Of a stretch of 64,000 nucleotides of DNA, positions 12,561-25,533 are shown one piece after another. The position numbers and the translations under genes are program-made. Position 1 is the stretch's first letter, and every line of letters begins with the position of its first letter. A model generated the notes under the pieces. The model was not told the origin of the DNA. It saw only the letters and a program-made list of their open reading frames with translations, and did no database searches. The stretch comes from Dudresnaya verticillata (taxonomy: Eukaryota). The stretch covers positions 930,001 through 994,000 of the forward strand of contig OZ374559.1 of NCBI GenBank assembly GCA_977862235.1, written 5' to 3'.

Positions 12561-13159
12561 TACTCCTTTGTGCCTGGCTTTTTGCTACCGTTAGTAGCAT
12601 CCTTATCCAGACACTTAGCAGTTTCGATGATATATTTGGCAGAAAGCTCTTCATATACATCTGAATAGGCGTCCGAGGGCACCTGATGGCGCTTGGCCTC
12701 AACACGAGTCTCGACGAGCTCCGCAATTTGGTTGGCCTGGCTCTGTCCTTTGCTGAGAACAGTCTGAAAGTGTGCAGTTCGCATCGCCAGAACCTCTTTG
12801 GCACCACCGAGACCATCTTCGATGAGGCCCAGCAAGCGAGACTGCTTCTCTGGATCCGAGTCCGCTTTGATAAGTTCGAGCGCAGCCTTGCACTGCTCCA
12901 GCCAACAACCCGCTGAATGGATGTACTCGAGTTCCTTAGCGTTGCGCCGGTCCTTTCGGAAGGTCTCCAAGTACAGTGTCGTTTCGGGCTTGAAATATCC
13001 GACCTCATTCGGTAGAACGAGGCTGTAACGCGGCCACAATTCCTTGCGGCCAAACATACCGGCAGCCAGCTGATGATAAACAACATCAACATAGTCACCA
13101 GATGACGGGGGCGGGACAGAGACGAAGGTGGCTGTTTCGCGTACATTTTGGTCGGTCAT
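12560..13159 (-). CDS. ORF1 (gag-like) of the DIRS-like element, 199 aa
   Basis: Intact ATG ORF between repeat A1 and RT. Its stop overlaps the RT ATG. The gag label is positional only. Confidence 0.65.
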   Translation of the reverse strand: MTDQNVRETATFVSVPPPSSGDYVDVVYHQLAAGMFGRKELWPRYSLVLPNEVGYFKPETTLYLETFRKDRRNAKELEYIHSAGCWLEQCKAALELIKADSDPEKQSRLLGLIEDGLGGAKEVLAMRTAHFQTVLSKGQSQANQIAELVETRVEAKRHQVPSDAYSDVYEELSAKYIIETAKCLDKDATNGSKKPGTKE

Positions 13160-13218
13160 TGAGGTCTGAGCGGTTCACCTGTCCAACGGGACGGAAATCC
13201 TTTGTTCAAAAGTATCTT

Positions 13219-13491
13219 GAGAACGAAGGAAAGAACTTAGGGGAGACGGAGGGGTTGTCTAAGCTGGACTGTAGTGCTTATATCCCTTCCAGAACCTCTA
13301 AATTTGGTAACACCATATGGTTCAGCCCCAAACAGTGAAGTGCCAAATATAGTGCTAAACGTTGCACAGACCCGTAGAAACCCCTTTCGGGTAGATGTTC
13401 TATCGGGTTGTTGCTGCTTCAGGACGCTCGGCAGGGCCCGCTATCCCCAGTGAGGTCTTTTCACCAGTGTAGAAGCATCGAGACACAAACT
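13219..13491 (-). repeat. Direct repeat copy A1 (5' terminus) of the DIRS-like element
   Basis: Matches 9238-9510 and abuts the host sequence. Confidence 0.95.
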
Positions 13492-16400
13492 AAAAACAGG
13501 GTTGCCCAAGCGGATATCACACGCAGTAATCCATTCCTCCGAGGTGAAGCGAGTACCGCGATAGGTATTCGGGAGGACAGTAAATGGGGCACTAGCTGCA
13601 GCTATGTTGCAGGACAGAAGACGAGCCATGTACGATTTTTTCACTGCTGAAGAATGCGAGGAAAGCGACGGAGAGCGGAGTACAGCTGCACGGGCAGCCA
13701 TAATACTTTCCGTAATGGACATTTGAATGCCAGGAACCGAACTATTGCGTTGAGTAGCTCTCCTTAATAGAGCTTCCGGGGTGAGAGGCAAGGAGAGAAG
13801 AGAAAGGTTTTGTAGAGGAAGCAGTGCTTCTGTAATGGCTCTATCGATCGGGCATATGCGAGCAGAAGCAAACTGTCCAAGGCGGATGGTGAGGAGGCGA
13901 ACCGCTGAACGGACTTGAAGCAGCGAGCCCGCATAAGCAGCATGGGCAACATCAGACGCAGAGGTTATTCCAAGACCCCAAAACGAACAGGAAGCGTAGC
14001 AAGGCATCAGGCCGAGTCGGTCAGGGGACGGTGTGACTCTTCATACGTGCCTGGCTGCCTCCTGTCGAACGCGTAGACTTCAGCGCGGGTTAAGTGCGGC
14101 GGCACAGTACGATGGAGAAACGATAGCTTACTAACGCCATAACAAACACGGATAATGTGAGATGAAATTTGGGGATCACATAGTGTATTGCATCGATCAC
14201 GAAGCAATTCATTCATAGATTGGAGCTTTCGAAATGCGACCTCGAGCGCTTGACATCCGAGAGGCACTCCAACGACTTTTGCGGAAGTGGAGCGAAGAAC
14301 AGCGCACGGTAGGTCTTGGATTGGGGAGGTAGGAGAAGGCCATGACACCCACGTCTTGGTCATGCTGACATTGAAGCCCATTGTGTGTCCATCTGATTGA
14401 ATGGAGGAAAGAAGCGCTGGTGCTGACAAGCGAGTGGTGATTATGTTGAAATCATCCCCATAGACAGCAACCATGTATATATCAGGGGAAGGAGAGAGGC
14501 GTTGGAGTAGAGGGTGGATGCCCAGGCAAAAGAGAAGCATTCCGAGAGGGTCCCCTTGACGAGATCCGGTGCGGCTGAGAAGTGCAAAGGGACCAAATAT
14601 GAGCGGAGAGGGTGTGCCATAGGCGAAAGAAATGTACCCAACGGAAGAGGTCAGGACCTTGAGTAGAAACGTCATCCAGGATGCACTGACGTTCGAGGCT
14701 GTTAAAAGCATTTGATGCGTCAATCTGAAGCAAAGCCAAGTCAGCATCAGACGCTTCCTGGAACCAGGTGCGAGCGGAATGTCCAATGATTTCACAGCCA
14801 CCGGTCGTGCCGCGTACTGCAACGGGCGTCAGTAGGAGCCAAGAGAACCAGATGCGCGTCGAGCAAGGAGTGTACTGAAAAGACGGGCCAGAAGGATACC
14901 AACAGCAATAGGACGGAGGTCGGTAGGGCGGTGTGCAGCTTTTGGGAATGCCACAAGATTGCTGGAGCAGAACCAGTGTTGGACGGATTGGGGAAGCCCA
15001 CCATTCACGGCGCAATTCACCAGCTGTGTCAATAGCTTTACAGGATGAAGACGGTATACGAAAGATCCGTCAACTTGATATCGAGCTCTAAGAACACGTA
15101 CAACACGGGTTGTACAGCATTTGAGCAAATTCCCTGCAGCGGTTAACTTCATAATTCTGTTTCTTGCCGAGCATACAAAGGAAAGGACTTAATGCACGAG
15201 CGCACATGATGTCTTGTGATGTCAACCTTGCAAATTTGTGACCTTTCCACGACAATTATAAATATCTATATGTACAAATAGATACAGAAAATATGTAAAC
15301 GTACATTGCAATGGAGATCGCATCCTTTCTTCACAAAGGATGCGACCTCCATCGGCTTCGCAAACACGTGTTTCTGAATAGAGACTACCACAGGCAGCCA
15401 TTCACCGGCGCGAAAATCCATCGTCCCACCAACCGGCCTTCCGTGGAATGTCTCGAAACGAATGGGTGCGTGCCCCAATATAAATTGCCGGCGGCCGCTT
15501 CAGCGGCCCGGCGACCCTATCCACCCGACCTGCAGGTGGCATGCAACCACACGTGCAGTAACGTTACATGCATGTAGCAGCATAGCAATACAAGCCATTG
15601 CGAATGGGCCTGGGCTTGAGCTCTGCTACAGTAGCTGATCAGCTACAGCAGCGTGCATCAGCTATCTCACAATATTCGAGCGTCCTTCCTGTTCACGACC
15701 TGGTGTACACAAAGCAATTGAACAAGAATAAGAAATCTATTGGTCAATTGACAGGTGGGATGCTGTGATTGTCGTACGCAGTGAGTCCAGCAGTACTCGA
15801 CGGCCAGAATGCATTACGGATTGGCGGTTTGGCACGGACCCCTTGGACACCCCCTGGCCGTTCCGGTTCCCATTGCATGCAAGGCATGCATGGGCGCGGG
15901 CTTGTCGGGCCCGACATATGGGTCATATCAACATATGATTTGTAACACAATTGTGGTGTGCATGAAGGCTGTTCCAAGCATATTGTTAACGAATACGTGC
16001 CCGCAAATTGTATCTGAAAACTTACAATAACATGGTTGAGTGCTTGAATTGTGGATGTTCAGCAGGACAAACACACAGCTCTTACTGGAGTGATTTCTTG
16101 TAATTTCAATGCGGTTCCCACTTGAGGTTCCCCGCTATAACCGCGGTTGTGCGCGCAGTGCGGTCATTTTCCGACTGGTGTTACAATGTGCGCTCCAGAG
16201 GCCCCCTGTTTTCTCGATAAGTCGCTGAGAAACCTGGAACCAGCCCCCTGTGGATCCAAAGGCGCACAATCGCCAGCGAAACACTCAACCTTTCCTCCTC
16301 AACGTTACCCCTAACAGCAGTTCCACTGCATTACGGGTGCCTCTCAACAGTACTGGCACGTGCCTGCACTACTGAGCATATCGCTCCCTCCGTATGGTCA

Positions 16401-16845
16401 CCGCTCCGCTCTCTAGCGGAGCTCTTGCTGCATAGCTCGCGCGCGCGCGTGCAAGCTTGCACACCGAGTCAACTGGCGTTGTGCGCGTATATTACCTCAC
16501 GTGGAGCTTCTATTACACGGCCGAGGTCATCGTGCAATTGCTGATAACAGCTATCGTTCCCTACGGAACCGTATGCTTATGCTAGCCCGCCCGCTCACCG
16601 ACACGCGCGCGCGTTTTGCCTCTCCGCAGAGGCATTTCAAATCGCTGCGAAACTTGAAGGTCCGAGAAGATATATCCCAGCCACGTCGATTCTCCTCGCC
16701 GCGGAAACGTTTCGATTCAATATTCGAGAAGACAAATCGTCCTTTCATTTTCAAGCGTTTAACACTCTGTGTGTTCAAGAGCCGTCCTTTAACGCTAAGG
16801 TCCCACGGAGCGCCGCATTGGAACGAACTCAGCGCGGCAATGCCA

Positions 16846-19116
16846 TGAAGCGCGTTTCGGTTCAGATGTTGCGCGACTTTCTTCATTCGCAGAACGTGCA
16901 TTCTTTCCGAGACAAGTTGGAGAACAAGAGCAAGTTTTACGATTTGTTCGAACGAGAAGTCGGTCCGATTAAGGACGTCGTTGCAGTAGGCGCAGTGGAT
17001 CTAGGTTTTCACAAGGCCTCGCGTACCAGGAAGAGAATCTAATTCGACATCGCTCATTCCCTAATCAGGGAAGGGATGAAGCGCGCCGTTGATATGTACG
17101 TGCGCTTGGTTCAATATGCTGATGGATTTTCGATTTTACACGAACTTTTCAAGAGCCGCGACTTCCATGAGTGCGGATGCGTGGAGAAGGTGGCTATTTT
17201 GCTTGCAACATCATCCAGGTGCATGTTGGAGAGGTCGGAGAATCGCAAGAAGAAGTGGCAGGCTTCCTTTGTCCGATGGTTCGCTTCCTGCATTGGGGCA
17301 CTGGTCAAGTATGCTGGTGAAATTCTGTAAGGCAAAAGCGAATCGTGCAACCGCATCTGGGTGAAAGGATGGCTTGAAGTTGGAAAGGAAGGTACCGATG
17401 GTGTCATTCTCGGCATCCTTGCGGAGATTGGTAAGTCTCTGAAATTCTCGCAAGCGACTAGTGGCTCAAACGATCGTCACGATAGTCTTGAGACCACTGA
17501 TAATGCATCCGGATTGCAGCTGAAAGAATACAAGCTGTTACTGAGGAGAGCTATCAATGGGCTAATCACCCAATTCCATTCGTCACCAGGCATAGACGAC
17601 GGCAACGAGGAGTTGTCGATACACGACATCGTGTTGCCGCGCATCATCTCCCGCTACATGAAACAGGATGGTGGGGTGAGGTCCGGATTGCAAACCTCCA
17701 AGGAGGTTGACGGGAATGAGGATCAGTTGGGAGAAGGAAGAGGGAGAAGAGGGAATGTATCCGGTGAAAGACGTGGTGGAGGCAAGGGTGATTAGGTCAC
17801 AGAAGTAGGTCGGCAAGGTTTAGGTCAAGGACGCGTATCTGGGAGAAATGCTGGGAAAGGACACGTATCTGAAACGGAATCTCTTGCTGAAATTGGGTAA
17901 CGTCTTCGCAGTCCAGACCCACGTAATAAAACATTCCTACGAATTCGTATTCCAAAAACACGTGTCAAGAACGTAACTTAGCGTCGCATCACGCCTGCCA
18001 CGGGTATCTCTATTGGAAATACTACTAGTAGGGGTACCGATGGATCAGCTGATCCACATGCAGAAAGTGGAAGGGATAAAAGGACGGACGAATGAAAACT
18101 GGTGACAGATACTTCACGCACTATTTCCGTGGATCTTGGCGAACGTTCTGATGGCAGAGATTCGATCGAGACAAGGAAAGAGATATCCTCTCTGCTTGCA
18201 GCACAAGCTGGAAAGAGGAAAAGTCAACCTTCACTATCGTATCGTTCTCCCAATTCAAGGCGCAAACCTCGCGCAGGCTCGTCAGTCAGAAAGCTGTTGA
18301 TGACAAGAAGACTCAAAATGCGCAGTTGCCATCAGAAGATGAAGCGGTGAAGGGCACATTGGGTCCTTCGAGTCGAAAAAGCAGGAAGGTCATGGTGTAC
18401 GCTATTGATTATGATAATGGTCCGGGTACCCATCCCCCCAGTCCCAACGGCAAGGATACTCCAAAATCTTCAAGTGATGTTTGGGCGAGGGTAAGGCAGG
18501 AAGCCGCGAAAGGTTCTGTGGGAATGAGGCGGACAATTGAAAGGAGTTCGTTGGACGAGCAGAAGAATCTATTGCGTCTGTCGCAGTTGAACAGTAAGAA
18601 GAAAGAACGTGGAGGCAGGAAACCTTGTTCTATGAAAACTATGGTACCGAAGGTTACGCAGAGTGGCAGAGACACACCAGAGAAGGGAAGGAACGTCGCC
18701 GTGTGCTTCCGCAAGATACACAAGCGTTTATTGATTATCTTGAAGCCCGATTATCATCATCGGACGAGGCGTCTCGAGCTTTTGACAGGCGCATTACTGA
18801 GATCCTCCTCATAATATACCCAGATCATGTCTTCCTTCCTCTAGCAGAACAACGAGAACTAGGTGAGAAGAATAGAGTGGAAGCGCTCAACCGCGCGAAG
18901 ACTTCATAGCCTAAGGTGGTTCGGTGCGGATCACGTCGACGCGAGTCGTGCGTCGACACGCCAGACGAGAGCTCTGCGCAGTTCTTCGATGTCGCACCTC
19001 TTCAAAAGGATCAGGAAGACATTTCACTCCGTACGGCGGTAAGGGACTCGGAGCACTCCGATGCCCGACGCAAAAAAGTCCTACCATATCCGACATTCAT
19101 GAATGATTTTACATGA
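16846..19116 (+). pseudogene. Decayed long ORF of unknown family
   Basis: ORF pieces at 16818, 17076, 17361 and 18102 share one frame and read as protein-like sequence separated by stops. Later pieces (18326, 18625, 18916) are frameshifted. No motif recognised. Confidence 0.4.
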
Positions 19117-20846
19117 ATGGTTTTACATGAATGATTTGACATTCATGAATGTCGCATAAGGTAGGGAGTTTGTTTGTTTCCACACGCCGCTCAACTTTGG
19201 GCGCATTGTGCCGGCGATGTTTTTGCGTCGGGCGGCGGGCGACTGTTGATCTGTTGCTTTTGTTGTTCTTGTTCTGTCTACCCATTCCTTTACTAGTCGC
19301 AGCGACCGGCGGCTTATATACGCTCGGACCTATTACTTATTACAACTCATTACAAATAGATCTATTCTATTTCTATTTCTTATTTTGTTTTAACTAATTG
19401 ACAGTGTTGCTATAGTTCTATAACCCTTACTATGATTAAGGTCTATACAGCACAATTATACTACAGTGGAACCCCGATAGCTGCAACCAATCGGGAGATG
19501 GGCCCTGTTGCAATTAGCCGGATGTTACCCTAGAGCGGGAGGTGTCGTAACTTTCTTAGTACCTCTTTGCGCTTTATTTGTAGTATACTGTACCTGCTGT
19601 ACCGTACCATCACAGAACTGTCCACAATCCGTTGTAATCTAACAGTGGATATCGATTTTGGTCTGTCTCAAGCGCTCTACGCAATGAAGACGCAGTATAC
19701 ACTCTTCAATTTGTTGACAGCATTAAACATCCACTATCAACGGCTCCATTCAGACTAGAAATGCGCATTGCTGCGGAAAGAATTCGTACCTGGTCCGCCA
19801 CCGAAGGTAAAAACATCTCCCCCTCCTCATCGGACAACTGTTCTTCGATAACATCACAAGTGTTTACAATAGTATCAACATGTCCCTCATCCCCGTCCTG
19901 CTCGGTGCAGGCCTCCTCGCCAGCTGGGTTTAAGAGAAAGGCGATGCTGAAATCACGGTCACTAGGAGGAATAGCCTGAACTGTGCTTCGAAGTTGCTCT
20001 CTATCGCTTCTCAAGAGAGAAGAAATTCCCATAACGTTGACAGGTGATGAAGCAGGTGCCCTTCTCTCACGGAGAATGCCAGTATGCACCCAGGAGTTTT
20101 GAATGAATTCAGATGGCAGTTCGTTCCAAATCATTTTGAAAGACCTCGTATCAGAAAGAAGATTCAGTTTGTAAATGTCTCTTGCTCTCTCCTCAAACAA
20201 ATCAAGTACACGGTTCATTTGGTGTCGTCGATACCGCAGCTTCATCGCGGTGATGATCCCAGCATCAAGGGGCCCAACCTTGGATGTAGTATTCGGAGGC
20301 AAAAATATAACTTCAACGTTGCTGATGTCCAGGATTGTTTCCTTGGTCCCATGGGCACTACAATTGTCAATTAGTAGGGCAACCTTCCTTCCAGGCGTCT
20401 CCGCAATGCACGAATTGAAACGAAGAAGCCATTCGAAAAATATATGACTCGTCATCCATGCCTTTGAGTTGGCGTGGCAGTCAAAACCAAGTTGCGCGCC
20501 TGCCATTTTTTAAAGACCCGCGGGCGCCAAGCCTTTCTGATGACCATCAACTCAGTCTTTTCGAAGCCGTCAGCATTACAGCGTGGCAAAAATGTCAACG
20601 TGTCCTTTTGCCTCTTTCGCCGGGTAACCATATTCCGCGATTGTCGTGTCCGGTGCAAGCTTGTAAAATAATCCGCATTCGTCTGCGTCAAATATGTCTT
20701 TCCATGTGTAGGCTTCAAAAGATTTCTTGATAGACGGAAGAGCTTGTTGTAATCCTTGGACGTCTGCATCCCCACCCTCGCCATGGGATTTGAAGAACTT
20801 TAAACCCCATCTGTGTTTAAGTCTGTCAAGCCATCCATTTGAAAAG

Positions 20847-21786
20847 TGTGGTGCAAAGGGGAACCCGGCTCTTGTTCGCTGCGAGCGGGTTACAACAAGA
20901 ACGTCAACCGACGATATCGCCAATGGCGCGCTCACCGGCCGTTGGCGCGAGCACGTCGTGGACGTACGAACGGCTCACCTGCGTACGCACAGCGCATTCG
21001 GCGGCTCACGCGCGCACGAGGCGCACTGTACGGTGTTACACGTGGACCACGAGGCGCCGTATGCCAGCCAGGACGCGATCCGGATAGGAGGCATCGGGAT
21101 CAACGGTGGTGTAAGACTACGAGTCTGTAAGGATGGCTCGGATCTAGACGCGATCCAGATCGGGGATCGGGATTGGGCATCAGGATCTACACCGATGTAA
21201 TGTGCGTGCCTGTGAAGCCAACGCGCTCGTAATGGTGGCGCAAATCGGGATTAGGATCGAGATAACCACACTGCCACCCGCCCGAACCTGTAAGGGGCAC
21301 CTGGCCACGTGTCTGTGTAAGCACGAGTACAGGACGTGGGAGACAAGTCTCTCAGAGGCCTGGCTGCACCGCGCGGCAAAACTGTCAGACGCATCGCAGC
21401 ACAACACGTGTCCTGGGTTCCCGCTCGACACTCCCGGCGCCCGCGCGAGTGATAGTACATAGGTAACCCGTCTAGGATGCCGGAGTAAATCCCTGCAAGC
21501 CGGCTCTGGTCCATATTACACCTTCCGCGGCACGCGTACCTATCCATTGGCCTCAAAGATCACGCGTCTACCTCCCGTGCATCCACAATCAGCCCCCGTC
21601 GTCGACGTGTCTTCTTGCTTTTGTTCCCTTTTGTTCTTCCTTTCCACCTCGGGCGTTTATAGTCCGCCCAAGGTATGTCAACCGCTCTACCATTACCGCC
21701 TAAGCCGAGGCTCACCGCCTCAGGCGTCACTACCCACCGAGCTCCGAATTTCTCGGCGGTGTTTCGTCCAGGACGTTTGCACTACA
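20847..21786 (+). repeat. Solo LTR related to LTR A (940 bp)
   Basis: TGTGGTGCAAA...TTTGCACTACA termini, TSD AAAAG on both sides. Removal restores the transposase sequence. Confidence 0.92.
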
Positions 21787-21915
21787 AAAAGCTCAACGTT
21801 AATTTTGTGTCCTTGCCCAATCTCTTGTTTGCCTCTTCCAGTAGCTGGCCTCCTTCCGAAACATCATAACACCCGATGTATTTATGCATCTGTTGAAAAT
21901 CTCGCATACCCAGGA

Positions 21916-22673
21916 TGTGGTATAGACGCTGTGCGCAAAGCGACTCCGTGGTCTACGCGAAAATAGTCGAGACATATGATTCTTAAAGTGACTCCGTGAA
22001 TGCGCACACCAAGATGGCAAACGTATTACAGTGCGCATAATGTGCGCGCGCCGCGATGGAATTCGCATTAAAGTGCGGAACGAATACGAAATCGCTGAAA
22101 CCTCCATGTTTTCCCCGTTCTTTCCTGGTCGAAAGGCTCCGAGGCCCACAACGCGCGTGCACCTCCGTATACAATGCACGCGCACTTCGTAACCGCGCCC
22201 ATACGTGAGAGACCGTTAGTTGGCACCGAGGCCGTTGCGAATAAGTCGAGTACGAACCGTCTCCCGTTGTGACGTGTACTAGTGCTCACATAGTAGTACG
22301 TAGACAGTCGTCTGGCACGACCTCCTAGGTTTTCCGGTAAGCGCCTAGCGCCCGGACCTCGCAGTTTTCGGTAAATTCCTCTTGCTTCGAGTTAGGTGTG
22401 TTCGTGTTCGTGAACGTGGATGCGGTTGAACCTCGCTTTTGATAGCCCCGCGCACCCGGAATCATCCCCGGTGATCGATTGCTCGAGTTCTCAATTCCGC
22501 GCAGGAATACGTTGACACCGTGGTCCTTCGCGTCGGTCGCTCCCCTCTACCATGCTGCCACCCCTTCCCTTTCTTCGTTTTACCTTAGGCTACGAGGCCA
22601 CACGTTCGGCGGCGAGATCATCCCTTACAGTGCGAGACTTTCCTGGGGCTCCGTGGACATTCGTTATACCACA
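21916..22673 (+). repeat. Solo LTR related to the element B LTR (758 bp)
   Basis: TGTGGTATA...TATACCACA termini, collinear with 31167-32009, flanked by AGGA on both sides (4-bp match). Confidence 0.9.
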
Positions 22674-23399
22674 AGGAAAAGAAAGCATTTTATTGGGCGT
22701 GGCATTTCCCGTGTCTTTCGCGGACACTTTTTTTTGCGTCTGTCGTGCATTAACATGATTTGTTCCAGGTTATTTAGAATCCTCGATACGGTTCACTTAT
22801 GAGGCAGCTTAGGAAGCCAGAGCTTCTTCTGGGCCCAGAGAGCAAGTTGGGAAAGAGTAGGTGACTCGCCATTGAGTCTCAATCCGCATGCTTCAACGCA
22901 GATAGATTCTTTTTTGTACCATGGTCAGGGCCATATTGCGACAGTTTTGAAAACATAGTTGCGGAGATAGAGCTGTGCTTTCTGTGGGATGGGACAATGC
23001 AAGCCAGCACGGTGTATACGGCGGAGCACCTTTTTATTCATTGCAAGACCTTTGGGAGCATTGCCAACGGTTGGAATTTAGTAGGCTTTGTTTTAGTGAA
23101 GAGCTGTTACGGTAGGGCGGATGTTTACCGTTGTTTATTATAAGAAACAGCCTCGTTCTTTTACGTTCCGTGTGAGTGTACTGGATCGTACACGGTCAGA
23201 AAGGGCTGAAAAGAGCTGTTTTAACGATATTGTAGTAGTATTAGGACCACTACCCAATAATAGTAGTACCCAAAAGGGGTCATACCCATGTGTGGCCGAG
23301 CCAATACGAATCCTTTTCTATCTATCTACTGTATAGTGTCAATCTACACTGTAAAGACACTGGTTGGCGCTCCACGTCGCTCCGCGCGCCCTTGTCCAA

Positions 23400-24630
23400 C
23401 GCGACCTGCGCCGCGACGACCAGCTGCTCCACCGGCACCTGCCGCTTTGGCGATCGTTGCCGCTTCGCTCGCGCCCAATCCCGCCTGCCAAATGCAAATT
23501 GCCGCTGCGCCTGGTGCCGGCTCGCGCGTTGCACCGCGTGCGCTGCACCTCCAGCTCGCGGGAGTGGCAGCCGCCGCGCTGCTCAATCGTGCGCCCGGAG
23601 CGCTACGACGGGACGGACTAGGCGCGTGCTGAGCACGCTGCCGCGGTCGGTGGTGCTGCGCCGCATCCGCGGCCACATCGTGGCGAATACGGCTGTCGCG
23701 TCGGCCGTGTTTGTTCTGTTCGACGGCCTGGCATACACCTACCCCGAGATTGTGCACTACTTCAACATCAACCCGCTGCCGCACACCTTCCTCTGCACGG
23801 TCATGTTGTTGTTGCTTGTACTGCGCTCGAACGCCGTGTTGAGCCCGTTCCGCAGCGCGGCGCGGCTATGCGTGATGTGCATGCCGCATGGGCATGTAGA
23901 GGTGGCAGGGCGACTGGTAGTGTGCTTTACGTACGCGCTGATGCACCACTTGCAGGGGCTGGGCGAGGAGGAGGCGTTTTCCGAGCTGTTGGGGGACGTT
24001 TCTGGGCTGGCGGAGATGCAGCGCGGGCTGACGGGGATGATGGCGGGGGTGGACGCGCGGCAGTTTTACGGGATGTCGGCGTCCGTGGGCGAGCTGGAGT
24101 GGCGCGTGGCCTGCGTAGTCGAGCACGACGCGCGCGTCGAGACGGAGTGGCACGAGGCGAGCACGCCCGTTCCGTGCGCGGAGGGCATGTTGCGACGCAT
24201 CCGAGACGCGGACAACCAGCCGCTTGAGGTGCTGATGCTGCTGTAGACGTTGGTCAAGGTGTCGATGGAGAGGAAGGACGGGCTGCTGCGCAGGCAGGCC
24301 GAGGCGGGGTCGCGCGGGTTTGCGAGCTTGGAGCTGGACAAGTTGGAGATTTGCATGATTGAGATGGTGTGGTACATATGACCGACGTGATCGACAAGTG
24401 CGAGCGGGTTTTGAAGAGACCCGTGCCGCTGTCTTAGAACCGGCACACGTTGCGGCTGATCTCGTTGTGGACGCTTACGCTGCCGCTTGTGCTAGTGCCG
24501 ATCCAGGGGGTGGTTTGCATCCCGACGATCGCGGTAATCAGCTAGACGCTGTTCGGCATTGAGGAGATTGGGCATCTGCTGGAGGACCCGTTCAGACGGG
24601 AGCGGTACTCGCTGCCGCTGGCGGACAACT
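23400..24630 (+). pseudogene. Bestrophin-like (YneE/VCCN-type) anion channel pseudogene with a degenerate N-terminal CCCH-like motif
   Basis: LLLVLRSN, FTYALMHHL, CERVLKRPVPLS*NRH...LWTLTLPL, LFGIEEIGHLLEDPF (about 24550-24594). Three in-frame TAGs and a frameshift near 24365. Confidence 0.8.
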
Positions 24631-24759
24631 ATTACCTTTATCAGACTAGTACATCATGCAACTACAGTAGATCTAGCGATACATTCGAAGCAGTAAACTA
24701 ACCTGGCAGCTCGATGCCATTCCGAGGGAAGCAATTGAAGAAGTGGGTAAAGCGGTCAG

Positions 24760-25533
24760 TTAGTTCAAGCTAGTATCGCACGCGGGGCATCTAAACCGTT
24801 CAGTTCCCTCCACTACCAGCCGGTTGTCTTCATCATTAATGCGGTGTACCAGCCGCCGCCCGAGTAGAGCCTTGGGTTTCGCTCGCGGTTCCACGCCGCA
24901 AGACAGCCGGCACACCTGCGTGTTAAGGTGAGCCTGGAACTCTTCCTTACAGTTCCAGGGCTTCACCTTAACTATATTACAGTGCGGGCTCCCCAAAATA
25001 CCGACGTTCGCCCTTCCCGCCCTCCTCAGACGCACCTGTGTGACACAGATGTCGTCCTCGCACATGCATGCAGTCGAAATGGTAATTTGTTGGTGCCTTA
25101 CAGCGGTCATGCGAACATCGCCGGGAGCGGCGGCCGGGAGGGTGGCTGGGGGCGAGCGCGTGGGGGAAGGTGGCAGCGAAAATCGCAAGGTGCGCGCAGC
25201 GCGCTGCACAGTCGGCGGAGTATCAGTAGTCCTGGAATGCGATGAAACGCGCGCGGCGGGCGGTGAGTTGGCGATTTTTTCGAGTTCTTCTGGCGACAGC
25301 TCGGCCCGCTGTTGCCGCCCGACCAGGGTTAGGGGCGAGCCTCTTCTGTTAACAGTCGCGATCCTCTGAGACGGGCGACGGCACTGAGCGCGTACTGTAT
25401 TCCCGTTTCTAGAAGAGCCCCCTGAAGGCGTTGCTTCGCTGCTGTCGAGGAGACGACGCGGTGCGCGGCGGTGGCGCACCGGTCTAGTATAACCGCGACG
25501 GATGTCGACATCAAGAAGATCTTCTTCTTCCAT
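24760..25533 (-). CDS. Hypothetical protein with Arg/Ser/Pro-rich N-terminus and Cys/His-rich C-terminus (upstream in-frame ATG at 25605)
   Basis: Open frame of up to 281 aa with CMC...C...HC...H...C...C...CPAC. No family recognised. Confidence 0.45.
   Translation of the reverse strand: MEEEDLLDVDIRRGYTRPVRHRRAPRRLLDSSEATPSGGSSRNGNTVRAQCRRPSQRIATVNRRGSPLTLVGRQQRAELSPEELEKIANSPPAARVSSHSRTTDTPPTVQRAARTLRFSLPPSPTRSPPATLPAAAPGDVRMTAVRHQQITISTACMCEDDICVTQVRLRRAGRANVGILGSPHCNIVKVKPWNCKEEFQAHLNTQVCRLSCGVEPRAKPKALLGRRLVHRINDEDNRLVVEGTERFRCPACDTSLN

Larger units (their letters stand above)
9100..13491 (-). mobile_element. DIRS/PAT-like tyrosine-recombinase retrotransposon (gag-like, RT/RNase H, methyltransferase-like, YR)
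   Basis: Diagnostic domain order, a 273-bp direct repeat pair, and boundaries fixed by reconstruction of the interrupted host frame. Confidence 0.9.
8445..15152 (-). mobile_element. Degenerate CRE-like non-LTR retrotransposon (RT, Cys/His motif, restriction-like endonuclease), split by the DIRS-type insertion
   Basis: LRPIAVG, IDASNAFNS, GSRQGDPLG, YGDD in 14000-15150. DPLGKHAITC, RRHNTLRD, FDVTV in 8445-9099. The frame RLGNPVF|TGTTRRPHC is restored when 9100-13496 is removed. Confidence 0.85.
19464..22940 (-). mobile_element. Degenerate pogo/Tigger-type DNA transposon (HTH, CENP-B HTH, DDE_1), interrupted by two solo LTRs
   Basis: FSNGWLDRLKHRW, IFDADECGLFY, KAWMTS, LLIDNCSAH, FLPPNTTS...PLDAGII. 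TA|CAGTGGAACCCCGATA terminus at 19462-19479. The other TIR was not found. Confidence 0.9.

Noticed and set aside
24244..24545. TAG codons at positions where Tyr is expected, suggesting stop-codon recoding
   Set aside because: The gene also has a frameshift near 24365, and TAG ends other ORFs normally (896, 47626, 58721). Pseudogene decay is simpler.
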